Positions 1 through 13,125 of a DNA stretch of 64,000 nucleotides are shown here, piece by piece. Below the pieces are notes generated by a model that saw only the letters and a list, made by a program, of their open reading frames with translations, made no database searches and had not been told where the DNA came from. The DNA comes from Marsupella aquatica. Its lineage: Eukaryota; Plantae; Marchantiophyta. Within the stretch, counting starts at the first letter, position 1; each line of letters begins with the position of its first letter. The position numbers were made by a program, and so were the translations under genes. Location of the stretch: assembly GCA_973895155.1 (NCBI GenBank), contig OZ316898.1, positions 9,287,079 to 9,351,078 of the forward strand, in the 5' to 3' direction.

Positions 1-2627
1 TAACCTTTGTTTTAAGCTAAGGATTAGAGTAGAATTAGTTGTTTATTCATTTCCACTTGGGCTGACTATTTGTGTTCTAGGGGCAGTGAGTACATATGCA
101 TTGGTCTTTTATTGTTCTTGTTCATTATGTTGTCCATCCTTTTAAACATTACACCAAATTTTTTTTGTGTCCATCTCTATTCCCTACTTAATCTCTCGTT
201 TATCTTTCAATGTTTTGGGGGGAACCTGCGAGAGACAGGGGAGGGAGCCAAGGGTCCATCAGGCATTAATTTAAAAAAGGAACTTCTTGGTGGGCTTTAC
301 AAGACAATTTTCTATGGAATTTTAAGACCAAAAGCATTTTAGAAGTATGCAGAACACAATCTCAAACCTATCTGGGTCTCAATGTTAGATTGTTTGATAG
401 GCTGTGAGGGAAGACAACCGTGATTATCCCTATGGTTCTCGATGGGTCTTCTACCCTATGACTAAATTTCAGCGCTTTCTCTTCAACTGCAATTGCCTTG
501 TTTCTTTGGTTAGGCCCTGACTGTGGCTTGTTGCATTTTCCCCATCCTTTATAAATTTGAGGTTTTCATGGCTTGAGTAGGGGGCTTATTGTGTGGCAGT
601 CAGACTCGGCTCTGTTGCCGGGCTCTTAAGAAAGAATACCCAATGTAATTACGGACCCCACTAGAGGTCCCTTCCAAAATTCCTGGCACCACAGCGTGCC
701 ACATCAACAACAACCGTAACAAACAAGACTCGCCGGTTTGTGAATCAAACTTATAGTTTTCATTCGTGTTTGTGTCAATTTGGGTGTAAATTTTGGGACA
801 CCGTGCCATAAAAAGAAAAGTAAAAACATTGGAAATGCAAAGAGCAAGACGATTAAAACTGTCACTATGTAACCGTTTTAGTTACATTTCCAATTTTAAA
901 ACTTAAATTCAAAGATTTATAAAAAGTATTTTTCATATAATAGATAATGACTAATAACTAATTTGATAACTTCCTTGTTAAACCGCAACTCCCGGTATGT
1001 AAGGACCTCTCGTATTGTACGGCCATTAATGCTGGGAAGAGCACATAGAAACCCAGGATGGGGGAGGAGGAATGGCTGGAATCTTGAAAGTTCATCCAAT
1101 TTTATACTCAAAACTATTTACTCATTCTCAAAACAAAAATACCCAGTCGTAGATCTCATTGAGATATTTCTTTTGCACCCTAGATCGCCTTCTAACATGG
1201 ATGAATAAGATTTCTAGAGACATTACAAAATGGACGGCAAAGATCGTAAAATCAACAAAATTGACGGCTAGGAAGGCTTGGATTTGTTTAATTTTTCATT
1301 TGAAAATATTTACCCATTTGCAAAACAGACAGAACCCATCCATAGATCTATTTGAGATCTTTCTTTTGAGCCATAGATTGGCCATTATGATGGACGGGCG
1401 AGATTTCCGGAGATAAGAAATGGAGACGGCTCAGATCGACTCTTCCCCCTGATTTTATTAGCCAAAGGGTACACTAACTAATTGTACTAATATGTCTCCC
1501 TCTACTAAACAGTGAACATGTCAAAGAGGTTCTTGCGTAACCTAGGCTATGGAAACCAGAGTGGAGTGACCCATCCACTCTCACTAGAAACTTTAGGGTT
1601 ATTTTGATTTGAAACATGGCTCCAATCTTGGTCAAGATTCTTAGATGACTCCAATCTTACTGAAGGGCTAAGCTACTTGAAGGCTGCTGAAACAACGCCC
1701 GTCTAGCTCTCCCTCCATCCCTTGACATGGTCAATCTTCTACATCAATTTCTAATGTTTTTCCTTCGTTTTTTTCCTGGAGTATGGCTGCATATTGACTT
1801 TCCACTTCTGAATTCTCAAATTTTCCTGCCCCTTGACTCGGAATTATATCATAGTCTCTTGCATTGAAGATACCCTTGAACCTCTATCAAAAAGGACAAA
1901 TACGTCAGCATATACGTTGGGACCACCCGAACTCGTAGATGCATTCACTCAAATCGTTTCAGTATAAAAATAAAAATTAAATAATATATATATTTCAAAG
2001 TATTATTTTATCAGTTTTGGTTATTAGGCAGTAAATTACTCTAGAGTCGTTTCCTGACCTTTTCTTTGCCATTTGATGACTTGGGTGATGGGCGCATTGA
2101 TGGCAACCTAATTCCTCAATTCTCTGCGACCTATAGCATTTAGAACATTGAAATTAATTAAAGATTTAGAATAAAAAATACATCAATAAACTGGAGATTG
2201 TCGTTGGATCTTTATTGTCAGGAGTTGCTATGGTCATGACACATTGACACCCAATTCGTCGAACCATTTTAGAAAATTAGCAATACCAATCAGAAAGGTA
2301 TAAATACAAGTTACAGCAATTTATTTCCCTACTTTCTTTTGTGGGCTTTTGCCCACAAAAGTACCATTAATTAACTAATCACCGCATCACGCAACAAAAT
2401 CAATTTTGTCGTACTCGGTCACCGGATGGGAGCGAACAGAAAAGGCATACCCGTCTTTTCTCGAGAATCGGGCCAGGAGACCGTGGGCCCGCCGTCCGTT
2501 GCAGTCATGGAGTCACCGTTCTGGACTTCTGGGCTTCTGGCGATGCTAAGGGGGTGTGTAATAACTCTTTGACACGTACTACCGTGAATCCCTTGTTCCA
2601 CCGCTTCGCAGCTACCCTATCATCTGC

Positions 2628-2772
2628 ACGAATATGTAAACCCCATGGATTACACCTCCCAAAATTTGAGTTTAATTTGCCTACTAGTTTTGAATATATC
2701 TTCACGAATATGTAAACCCCATGGATTACACCTCCCAAAATTTGAGTTTAATTTGCATACCTGTTTTGAATA
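2628..2772. repeat. Tandem duplication, about 78 bp x2
   Basis: CACGAATATGTAAACCCCATGGATTACACCTCCCAAAATTTGAGTTTAATTTGC occurs twice in tandem. Confidence 0.9.
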
Positions 2773-2793
2773 TTAGAGGAGTGGGTAAGGTAA

Positions 2794-3054
2794 AAGTTTT
2801 TTTTTTAGTGGAAAAATTTGCCAAATTTCACCTCACCACTTTTGGCAAAAATTAGCTAGTATTTTTCTGTCGCATTAGCCAGTGTCCCACAGACCCCATT
2901 AGCCAAACTGTACAGTAGTGCTCATCTTTTATTAAGTCTAGGGAGATATGACATTCAGGAAAATAATGAGATCATGAATATTTGAGCCTCTTCTCCTTCA
3001 CACAGAGGGCACTGGCCACTCTGGCCAAAAAGTAGCAACCTGAAAAATACACTG
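2794..3054. mobile_element. hAT-type MITE, same family as 8788-9059
   Basis: Right end AAAAATACACTG; left end degraded; flanks TAAGGTAA/TAAGGTAC (7/8 TSD match); interior aligns with the 8788-9059 copy. Confidence 0.75.
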
Positions 3055-3586
3055 TAAGGTACACTACCATGAAAGCCTCAGTGAAGTTTTGGTCAGTTTG
3101 TGGAATTTCTCATCAGAAAACGACAAGGGGTCAATTTCATTACATTAATTTCCATTTTGTCCATATGAATATTTGGGCTCGTGTTCCTTGTTGTTTCCTC
3201 ATTCTCTAGTTGCCTTGGAGGTGCAAAACTAAAAATTATTTTAGAGCCCAAACTGCCATAGACCACCAAAACGTAGTTCACTAGTGCAATGTATACGACA
3301 TACTTAGTGGTTCATAGCTTCTCATCTTCCCCATCTCCTCCATGATTTAAAGTTCCACTGATCCCTGTGCAACTCAATGAGTCAGGTGGTCAGAGAACTC
3401 ACACCGGTGCACATCAAATAGCCCCACAGTAGGAAAAATGTAGCAAGCTGAGGAGATGCCTAAGCATCCTGTTCTTGCAGGGGTTGTAGGGTTCCACACC
3501 CATCCCACCTTTCACTCACCAAAAATGGCCAGATGAGTTTAATCTAAAGTGAGAGGAAGGACTGCCAGCTTTCCAAGGAAGGACCA

Positions 3587-3611
3587 GGGGGGGGGGGGGG
3601 GGGGGGGGGGG
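3587..3611 (+). repeat. Poly-G tract, about 25 nt
   Basis: Directly visible homopolymer. Confidence 0.9.
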
Positions 3612-4057
3612 CGTTGTTTAAAAAAATGGGCCCACAGTCCAAATATTTTTACCATAAGTAGGCTAGGCCCGACTACTGGACCAGTTGGAGGGCTCTCACG
3701 AACTATATTTGATTGTTTCAAACTGTTAGACGTTTACTCTTGGCTCTAGCATTCCTAAGTATCATAGTTAGTCTGACCAGAGTAAAGTATTTGACCCAGG
3801 TTAGATATGCTATTTAGAATATACACAAGCAGGAATTAGGTTGTGAGTAGGACTTGCTGGAATGGAGTATTTGAGAATTAAAGAGGGTTTGAGTTCTAGA
3901 AAATTGGTACGGTTGACAAACAAAAATGAATAAAACTCTCTTCTGTGTTCTTGAGGACTTAGAGTCGGGAGAAGTGAATCACATATCTCTCTTGTTTGAA
4001 TGATGTTTCACATACACATGGTGTCCTTGAGGGTCCATCAAGCATATAGCTCTACAC

Positions 4058-4232
4058 GAGGGATTTGCTTGATCAGACCCCAAAATGGAACGTGTTACTT
4101 GATAGGACCCCTGAGTGATCCAGACCCCTGAGTGATCCAGACCATTGATTGACCTTGAATCAATGTACCCACAATTTCAAGGGTCCTATCACGTAACACA
4201 ATTCATTTTAGGGCCTGATCAAGCAAATCCTC
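4058..4232. mobile_element. Mutator-like (MULE) MITE
   Basis: About 50-bp terminal inverted repeats (GAGGGATTTGCTTGATCAG... / ...CTGATCAAGCAAATCCTC); 10-bp TSD AGCTCTACAC/AACTCTACAC. Confidence 0.8.
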
Positions 4233-4481
4233 AACTCTACACCCTCATATCATACTACACTATTCAACTAGATAATTGCATGAACTACTTTATGTACATA
4301 TCAGCTTGACTTATGGATAAATTCTCATGCATACATTGCACTACCTAATTGATACAAGTGTACACTTATAGGAGGAAATGCAATATGTATTTGTGGTTCA
4401 TTCAGGGTCTACCTTCACTCATACATGGTGAAATTTTTGGTGCATTTTCCAAGCGATAGTGCTACAATGTTAGGAGAGTAA

Positions 4482-5163
4482 GACCCAACTCGCATGTGGG
4501 GTCATAAACAATTTGGCCCTAAACTTAGTTATGTTGTGATTTGTATGGAGGAGATTTTTCTGCCACATCCCCCTCCTATGCCAGGTCTGTCACTGGTTTT
4601 TGTGGGGTCCTGAGGCTAAGGGCCATTTTGCATGTACATCGGCCCTCAAGAATGAGGCCTTTCACAAAGCGAAACTTACACAGAATCAGGGATTTGGTTT
4701 AACAACTCGATCCTCCCCTGTGTTACGTGTTGGATGTGCTGAGGGGCTCGTGTCCACCTCTGTTGTTATGTGCCGCTTAGTTTACCGGGAGCAATAGAGG
4801 GGATTGAGGCTGCCATTGTCGTATGTGCAGATCAAAGGTCGGGACTGTGAAGGGCCGCAAGGTTTGCGTGCCTTGCCCTTCCAAGTCCTAGTTTAGTGCC
4901 ATCAAGACTGCCTCGTTCAGGGGGCAGTTTTGTTCACTCAGGGGCTGCCACCGTTTGTCTGAAAGGCCGTTTTTTGAAGGACCGTCTACATGCAAGACGG
5001 CCCTAAGGGCTGGAAACTTTATGGCTCTTGCAGATCAAGACCATTCATTTTCAGTCCTCTCGTAGTTGTGTCATTATCGGAGATCTCCTTTTGCCTAATA
5101 TTTTGCTGCAGCTAAATGGCCTCAATTAGTCAATTCTAAGGACCCGCACATGCGAGTTGGCCC
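4482..5163. mobile_element. PIF/Harbinger (Tourist-like) MITE, outer element
   Basis: TIRs GACCCAACTCGCATGTGGGGTC / GACCCGCACATGCGAGTTGGCCC with TAA on both sides. Confidence 0.7.
4620..5003. mobile_element. PIF/Harbinger (Tourist-like) MITE nested in 4482-5163
   Basis: TIRs GGGCCATTTTGCATGTAC / CTACATGCAAGACGGCCC; TAA TSD at 4617-4619 and 5004-5006. Confidence 0.7.
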
Positions 5164-6094
5164 TAAAGTCCATTACCCCTTCTTGGGCATGGATTACCCC
5201 GCACTACACCCTAAGTCTAAATTGGGGATTATAAACCCTCTGCAACCGTGGTTACAGATTTTTTACTTTTACTCCAAGGATACTCGGCAACGGGCAACGG
5301 TCTTGGGCAGCACCGTGCCGGTACGAAGGGTGGAAACTTTATGAGGGCCAGTCGGCCACAAGGGCGGCACAATCATGGCCCTTTAGCCGAGACCGGGCCG
5401 AAAACCCGGCGTGTAACTAGTAAGTATTTTCCGACATTGTCTGCCGGTAGTCGAAATTCGCAACGGACCGTGATACGAATTTCGAGGAAACCGGACTGCC
5501 CGGGGGCTTTACTGGTACAGCATTCCGATTTACAGCTGACACGTACGCTTTAATTGTTACTAACAGTGGACACGTTTACGGACATTAGTCGGATTCGGGT
5601 TCTGCTGTCGACGGGCGACTGCTGACCGGAGCTAAACACTGCGCCGGGCAGCCATGGGCTTACAATAACGTACCGTGTACGGACTGTACTGATAGATGGA
5701 TGGATGGGTGGATGGGACACCATGTGTGCAGCCCCATCTGATCATGATGTGGAAGGGCAGGAGAAGCCGTGGCGAAGAAGGGTTGATAGTGTCAGATTGA
5801 CAGTGTCAGGTATGGTGGGGCAGGGCACGAGGGCAAAGAGTTGATTATATTTTCTGTGAGCCCGGGACTTGCCTCCGGGTTTCCAGTGATAGGAGTCGTG
5901 CCCGGGTGCCCGTGGTGGTATCAAGCACTTTACTGCCCCGAGGTTGGGCTGGGCAAGGCAGAGCATGGTTGGGGTACCCGGTTTGAATAGACGAGCAACT
6001 TTGTTCGGCACGTAAAATTGTCAAATGAAGAACATTCACTAAACTACCCGAACCTTGTCTCGACCCGGTCCCGGGGTCCCCTGGACTCCCCCAG

Positions 6095-6345
6095 TAGGGG
6101 GTCTCAAATATGGGGCTGTCATGTGTGTTCCCGGGAGGTTACTTTTGCCCGTGAGGTGCCCTGCGGGCAAGTATAACAGGGGAGGGAAATTGACTACGGG
6201 AGTCTGTCCCCAGGTGTTTCCGAAATGCCACGGTCAGAGTGTGCGGGCTAGCCTAAGGGTCTCCCGCACATTTTCAGGCCGTGTCCACCCGAACCTAACC
6301 CGGGCGGCTGCAGAACTCTCCCGGCCCGATATTTGAGTCCCCCTA
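6095..6345. mobile_element. hAT-like MITE inside a GC-rich TE cluster (about 5250-6700)
   Basis: TIRs TAGGGGGTCTCAAATATGGGGCTG / CGGCCCGATATTTGAGTCCCCCTA; no clean TSD; surrounding DNA is rich in GGGCCGGG-type subterminal motifs. Confidence 0.55.
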
Positions 6346-7188
6346 GTCTAGTGAGGCATTCCCTGGGTCGCGGTCTTGTCCGGGCCTGTCCCGGTAGGAT
6401 GGGCCAGATGGGTGGGGTGGCCGGTTGAGGTTGGGGCCCGGCCGGGGAAAATGGTGGTGGCGCGGTCGGGACCGGGGCCAGGGCCAGGCTGGGTCTAACA
6501 TGGTTGGGGAGGGGTTGGGCAAGAGCCGGGCCGGGGTTGAAATTGGTGGGGGTGGGGTAGGGGCAGGCCTGGGGTCAGGACCGGGCGACAGGGTGTCTGG
6601 ATGACGGTTTGACGGGGTCGAAACCCCCTATATGCCCATCAAGGCCAAACCGGGCTCGGGCAGGACTGGGCTGAGCTGGGCTGCATTAGGTGGCAAGCTT
6701 TACAAGAGTCACTTCCAGGATTTTGCTTCTAGTTTTTATCAGAACCGTTCATATCAAGTGACGGTCCATTTACATGAGATTGAGAGATCACTTGAACAAG
6801 AAATCTTCCAACCCCACATGGACTTCAGTGGGTCCCTAGAATGCTCATGTGAAAGTTTAGACTACCTCTTGAGGTGGTATTTGTGAAAGGATCTCTATTC
6901 AGATTTGACGGTCACAAGAAAACTCATTTGATACAACACCTTGAGAAATTCCCACTCTTAGATGCTGCCAGCCTACCTCGCAGCCTACCCTTTTTCATTT
7001 TGGTGACTTCCATTTTTATAAATGTCAAATGCTTTTGGTTAAATCTCACTCCCGTTTCCATTTAGGTGACCCTCCAATTTTTCCTAGTGTCAAGTCTTTT
7101 GTATGCAAAGTGTTTTGTTGACCTCACTTTTGGATGACGGGTTGTGTGAAAAATGGGTTAGATTATGAAGCTTCAAATTGGAATGTAC

Positions 7189-8260
7189 TGTTGAGCATAG
7201 ACGACATTCGTAACGGCAAGCCCATAAACCATCCAACGCACAATAGTCGACATAGAGTATTCACACGAAAATTCACACTATAGTAACCTTAAAAACAAAA
7301 TGCCACCCAAAGCAAAAATGACACTCTTGCCTTGCCGTTTGCTTGAGGAGAGTGACCACCGCCGACGGGTAAAGTTGATGAATTGTGCTGGTACAGTCTG
7401 CAGCCCCAGCTCAGTCAACAAATTCTGCCGCGTCGTGTTCACTCCGCGTCAAGTGCCAATCCCGGGCTCAAAACGACCGCCTCGCCGCGATCAAACCGTT
7501 GAGCCGTAGCACTTCGCGTTTCTTCCACCGAGTCGGACGTCACGAAGAGAAACCCGATTCAGATGAGAACAAGCTCCATAATTGTGAAAAAACCTAAATG
7601 CCTCCGTCACTCGTCATGTCACACTCGGTAACAACTCGGCAGCAATCCAACTACCGAAACGACCAGCTCACATCAACCTTCAACATGAGCTATAATGTGC
7701 GATCCCTCCCGTACCGTACAGCTCACACCATTGAAAAATGCGAACTCTGGTCTCTCCCCCGAAATACCGTCAAACACGAATAAACCCTGAATGACGCAAA
7801 CTTCAATTCCTCCACACCACGGATACCGATCAGCGAGTTCTAACCACCGTTAGAAAGCCCTCTCACTAACCTATCCGCTCAGCCACACACATTCGAGTTT
7901 CATGCGACGAAACTCCGAATGTACCATCGACAATGAACGTTGGAAAAAACCTGTCATGAAAAAACCTCGTCACCTGCCAGGCATGCTTTGATACCACTTG
8001 TTGAGCATAGACAACATTCGTAACGGCAAGCCCATGAACTATCCAACGCACACTAGTCGACACAGAGAGATACGTGGTTCACCTCCACATGAGGTTACGT
8101 CCACGGGAACACACAAGAGCTTTACTGCACTCTAGGCCATACCAAGCATCCACAGCACAAGCTCTCCCTATCTCTCAACTAGCTCCGTAACAATGAGCCT
8201 AAGTTCCACCAGGGTCTGGCATCAGCCCTGACTATATGCACAACAGCACTACCGTTAACA
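7189..8260 (-). mobile_element. Non-autonomous deletion derivative related to the copia element at 37248-43960
   Basis: 5' LTR 7999-8260 (TG...CA on minus); PBS TGGTATCAAAGC at about 7985-7996; about 730 bp homologous to the leader 37592-38317; then only the last ~70 bp of a 3' LTR (7189-7257); no TSD seen. Confidence 0.85.
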
Positions 8261-8261
8261 T

Positions 8262-8598
8262 TAGCTAAGTTCTAACTCAAGTTTCGGGGGGTTGACTATC
8301 AAAAATCTTAGGAACCACATGCGATCCAAAATAGATATTTTTGATAGAAATTAACTAAATTTTTAAAAAGCGTAGGAGGCAAAAGAAGGTATTATAAACT
8401 CATGTTTATAGAATATTCTCTAATATATACTTTTTATAAAATAAAATAGGTTATTAATATTTAAAATGGATAATATTCTTGAAATATTTTCTTTATAAAA
8501 TAGGTCTATTTATATTAGGCTAGAATCGCACGTGGTACCCCAAAATATACACTTAGTTAACCTCCCCAGACCTGAGTTAAACTAACTATAGTTAGCTC
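8262..8598. mobile_element. Foldback/MITE-like element with AT-rich core
   Basis: Imperfect long inverted ends (AACTCAAGTTTCGGGGGGTTGACTA...GGAACCACATGCGAT vs ATCGCACGTGGTACC...TAGTTAACCTCCCCAGACCTGAGTT). Confidence 0.55.
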
Positions 8599-8787
8599 AT
8601 GAGTCAACAAGACTAAGAGCAATATCTAACATGTACTGCTAGACTATGTTTGTTGAGAAAACTAATATGGAGAAACTCCTGCATCATGCAGATAGTGCAG
8701 TGTAGGTAGCATTTGGAATGTGAAGACATACACCCTAATGTCTTCACCTTCCCTACCCAATGCGAAGCGCACAACAATGGGCAGGAC

Positions 8788-9059
8788 CAGTGTTTTTTTT
8801 AGTGGCAAAAATTCACTAGATTCCACCTCCCCAAAAATCTTTTGCCACTTTTGGCAAAAAATTGCTACTATTTTGCTGTCTCATTAGCCAGTGTTCCATA
8901 ATCCCAGGCCCCATTAGCCAGAATCTAACAGTCAGACTTAAATCTAGGGAGATCTGACGGTCAGGAAAATAATTGAATAAGGAATCTTTTGAGCATCTTC
9001 TCCCTCACACACTTTCCATTCACCACTGCAAAAAAGTGAAATCCTTAAAAAATACACTG
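8788..9059. mobile_element. hAT-type MITE, 272 bp
   Basis: TIRs CAGTGTTTTTTTTA / TAAAAAATACACTG; perfect 8-bp TSD GGCAGGAC at 8780-8787 and 9060-9067. Confidence 0.9.
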
Positions 9060-12000
9060 GGCAGGACCCAATGGACAACAATAAAAGTGTTTTCCATGAG
9101 TGGGTCATCTAGAAAACAGGCATAGAGGAGTTATCCAACAACCCTCTCATCTCAAGCTATTACTATTCTATTGATGCACTGCCAGATTACCTTTTGGGGT
9201 GAGGATGCCATGTAAATGGACCTATGGATAAGGTGTGCTACTACAGAAGTGATGGGTCATTTTTTGTCAGTCCTTCTTGAACGCTCCCTATATAAAGCAC
9301 TTGTTTGTAAAGCAAAATCTTTACTGATCTCCTTGTCTTGTCCCCCGAAAACCAAGGGAATAGTAAGGAGGAGGCTCTATTTTTGTCAAAAGGACACAGC
9401 AAACATTCCGAATCTCCAGATGGCGTGGCCCATAAATTTTGGGATAGGGTTCATGACAACTCGATGACTATAAATGGAGAAAACTGTAATGGAATGATCA
9501 TCAGAGTGCAATTTAGGGGCACTTTACAAGACGTCGGGGGCCGTTCGCTTCCTTTTCTACCAAAGCTGAACCAGCAGCAGTTTCACATGCTAAAAACAGT
9601 ATACCGGGGCTAATAGAGAATTTAGAAGACTTTTATTGCCCCCGACGTCTTGTAAAGGGAACTCTGGCCAGTGTAGCTAGAATCATTGACTAGAAGACAA
9701 ACTTGGGACCCACTCCACCTGAATATTTGGCTAATGCTGGCTAATCTTTGGCTAATGCTGGTTCCTGTGGGTCCGCATTTATTGAAAACTGCCCATAATA
9801 GGAATGGACCAAGCGGCCCGATGAAGGGACCTCCAACGGAGGTGGTCTAAAATTCTGGACAAAAAAGAGCTCCACGTCGGCAAAAGTTGGGCCCCACTGA
9901 AGTCCATGTAGGATCGGCAGAATCAATGAGCAAAACTGCCCCCGACGTTTTCTAAAGTGAACTCCAGCACTATCTCCCCAATGGATGGCCCGGATTGGAT
10001 CTTGGATGTCAGAAAAGTGAAGGAACTGCCCCCGACGTCTTGTAAAGCCACCCTTATGTGGATGCATTTTCTTATCTGCAGTAGAAAAACCACTGTAGGG
10101 ATAATTGGCTACCAATTGCAATTGACGTGTTGACATATACTTACAATAAGAAGTTTTCTTGTCCATTTTGTTGGCAAAAAGTAGAAACCAATGATGAAAT
10201 GTAACCTGAATGGATAGAAATCCGATAACCTGCATAAAGGTTATCATTCAGGATCATCATGAATTCATCATCATCCCCTTTTTCTGTTCATTCTCGAGAG
10301 GTTCTTTCCCGGGTAATTAATTAAGGTTTTAAGGTTTTTTCTTCTTGCCTAGGGTGGAATGTCACCTAGAGCAATGTGTGTGTGTGAAGGAGAAGAAGCT
10401 AAGTACAGTATCTATTTTTCTTAGATTAATTTCTCAGTGTTAGATCTCCCTAGATCTAAGGCAATGTGTGTGAAGGAGAAGAAGCTAAGAATATTCCTTA
10501 TCTATTTTCCCTAGATTAATTTCTAAGTGTTGAATCTCCCTTGATCTAAGGACTCTCATTAGATTGTACCGAGTCGAGTCTGTGGCTAGGTGTGAAACTG
10601 GTTAATGCAAGACAAAATGCCTGGCCAATTTTTATTCTTGACAAATTTTCGCCACTGAGAGAAATATTGCTTATCCCTGTTCTTCTTGGAGGGCAGTCAG
10701 TGTGAGCTATTACTGCACTATTTGCTACAGGTTTAAGGTACTTTAATGAAGCGTACTGTAGGGAGTTCGGAAACAAGGGTGGATGGTAATTGATGTCTAC
10801 TCTTCTGACTTGGGTTTGTGATTTGGGCACAATTCATTCTAGACCTGCTAGTGAGCTTAATATCCCTTTTTCTTCTTCGAGGGCAGTCACTGTGAGCTAC
10901 TCTACCTTACCAGCTGAAGGTCCTTCATTGATAAACTTCAGCGAGCTTGGTTAGTAAGAGGAGAACGATGTTATTGATGTATGCTCTTCTTGGGTTTGTG
11001 ACCCAAGTGTGGGTGGCCTCTGGGCATGCAGCGCCAGAGTCTTTCATAGCTGTTGTCTAGTTCAATTTTGTAAAGGAAAGACGGAGAAGACACGGCGCTT
11101 TCATGGTCTTGCTTCTAACAGCAAACCTGCAAGAGGAATAAATGGGAGAAAGAGACCCCAGCTATAGTGAGAAGTTCTGTACGCACTTTACTAGTGATTG
11201 CACTGACATTTCTGTCGTGATTTCTCGACGAAGACCCGCAAACGTGGATGGACAGGTTCGAGGTCCATAGCCTCGTTGTATCAAATTCTCAATGTTCAGA
11301 TGCAGCACAGAAGGCAGTCAATCTGACGAGAAAGGCAGTCAATCTGACGAGAAACGTAATGAGATGCAGGAGTTTACACAACGCTGGGAAGCATATTCAT
11401 TCCTGATCCTGTGAATGACAGATTCACTGTTACCCCAACTTCTGTAATCTTTCTCGACTGATGAATGCTAGAGTCAGAAGAGAGTTTAGGCTTTGACACA
11501 ACACACAGTTGGTGAGGTGTCGCCATGATCGACTATCTTGGGAAAGACGATATCTGATTCCGAGCGCATTGCACTGTACTCATCCTTGTTTTTGACTGAC
11601 AAATAGGGTCGACTGTAGTCGGTCAGTGATACTATCAATTTTTCTTCTTTGTTTGACTCAAAAGATTTCAATGAATTAAATTCCTTGAAACTGTCGAAAC
11701 TTTCAAGGAAAAATTCGAACCATTTACGAGCAGAAAGTTTCTTTACAATTTGCATTAGGAGGCTACCTATGATGGTGAGATCCACTCTACTACAGTAGAT
11801 ATTCCTAATAGAGATGCTACAGAATCTGAAGTGATCAGACTTATTGGTTGCATTTCTTACTATGAGAACATACCTTGTCTTGTTTTGCAGTTGATCACTT
11901 CTACACGCCAACTATGGATGGCTAGCCAGGTGCAACGATCTGCGGCAGTCAAAGGGTGAGTACTGTATAATTGTCGTTTCGTAGGGGAGGTTGCTGAGAG

Positions 12001-12364
12001 TTTGTCCAGAACAAGACATTGTAGATGTCGTGACGATTGCTGCTGCCTCGTGGCTTGGAATGTGATCCACCCAGACACTACTGAAGGCATCACGGCTTCT
12101 TCCTCTGACTACCATTATCTGTAGCAGGAGGTGGGTTGCTCTCCTCTAGCCATGGCCGAGGACCATGTCTTGGACAAGGTTATGAGGAGAGGTATGATGA
12201 TATCATTCTCTCACGTGCACTTTGGAATTTGGGCAAATGACCAATTTACAGAAAGTGCCAGACAACAATGATTAAAAGCAAATGAGATCCAGAGATGACA
12301 AACACCAAAACTCAAACGACGAGAACAAATGCAAACCCCCAAAAGGTTTGGAAGGTGAAAGTTT

Positions 12365-12460
12365 GAGCGGAGAGACTCTTTCAAGGCAGAAGAATATTTG
12401 AGGGGAGAGACTCTTTCAAGGAAAGAAAGGGCTTGAGGGGAGAGACTCTTTCAAGGCAAG
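12365..12460. repeat. Short tandem repeat x3
   Basis: GGAGAGACTCTTTCAAGG repeated three times at about 35-bp spacing. Confidence 0.85.
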
Positions 12461-12824
12461 AGAAAATTTCAGGAAAGTGAAAGGAGATACACTCAGTCTT
12501 TGTATCACTGTTTGGGAGACAAAACTAGCCCTTATAACTCTAGCCAAACTGTCGCCAATTGAAAAAAAAGAAGGAAATGTGAGTGTTTTTCTCTCCTAGA
12601 TGATCAAGTATTTATTCATTCTAGGAAGAATTGACAATTCCCTGGACAATTATATAGTGGCATCCCGGTTAGTACAACTCGATCAAGTCTATACCCAAAA
12701 ATGTTTTGTTGGTAGGGTGACAAGACTGTACTACTATCAAACGTTTGGTTAATTGGGTGACAATACTATACTACTATTAGTAGATAGTAAACGAATCTAC
12801 AGTTCCTCCCTGGTTAGGTAATCA

Positions 12825-13125
12825 TTAGCCACCCTAATTCCTTCTTAAAAAATGAATAAAAAGACTTGGGGAGGAGTATCCGGGGGAGTAGCCACCCTAC
12901 CTGCTTCCCAAAACTATGAATAGAAAAGGAGTAGCCACCCTATCTTGTTCCCAAAACTATGAATAAAAATGGCTATGTGAGGCGTACACCCCTTCTCCTT
13001 CGCAAAACTATGACTTGAATAGGCTAGGGGAGGAATAGCAGCTACCTTACCTCCGTCCCAAAACTATGAATGAAGTGGCTAGGGGAGGAGTAGCCCCCTT
13101 ATCTCCTTCCCAAAACTATGGATTA
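12825..13125. repeat. Degenerate tandem array, 45-60 bp unit, 5-6 copies
   Basis: Recurrent GGGGAGGAGTAGCCACCCTA...CCCAAAACTATGAAT. Confidence 0.85.

Noticed and set aside
9741-10247. 168-aa minus-strand ORF
   Set aside because: Spans the repeated 20-bp motifs (RRRGQF recurs) and has no known domain.
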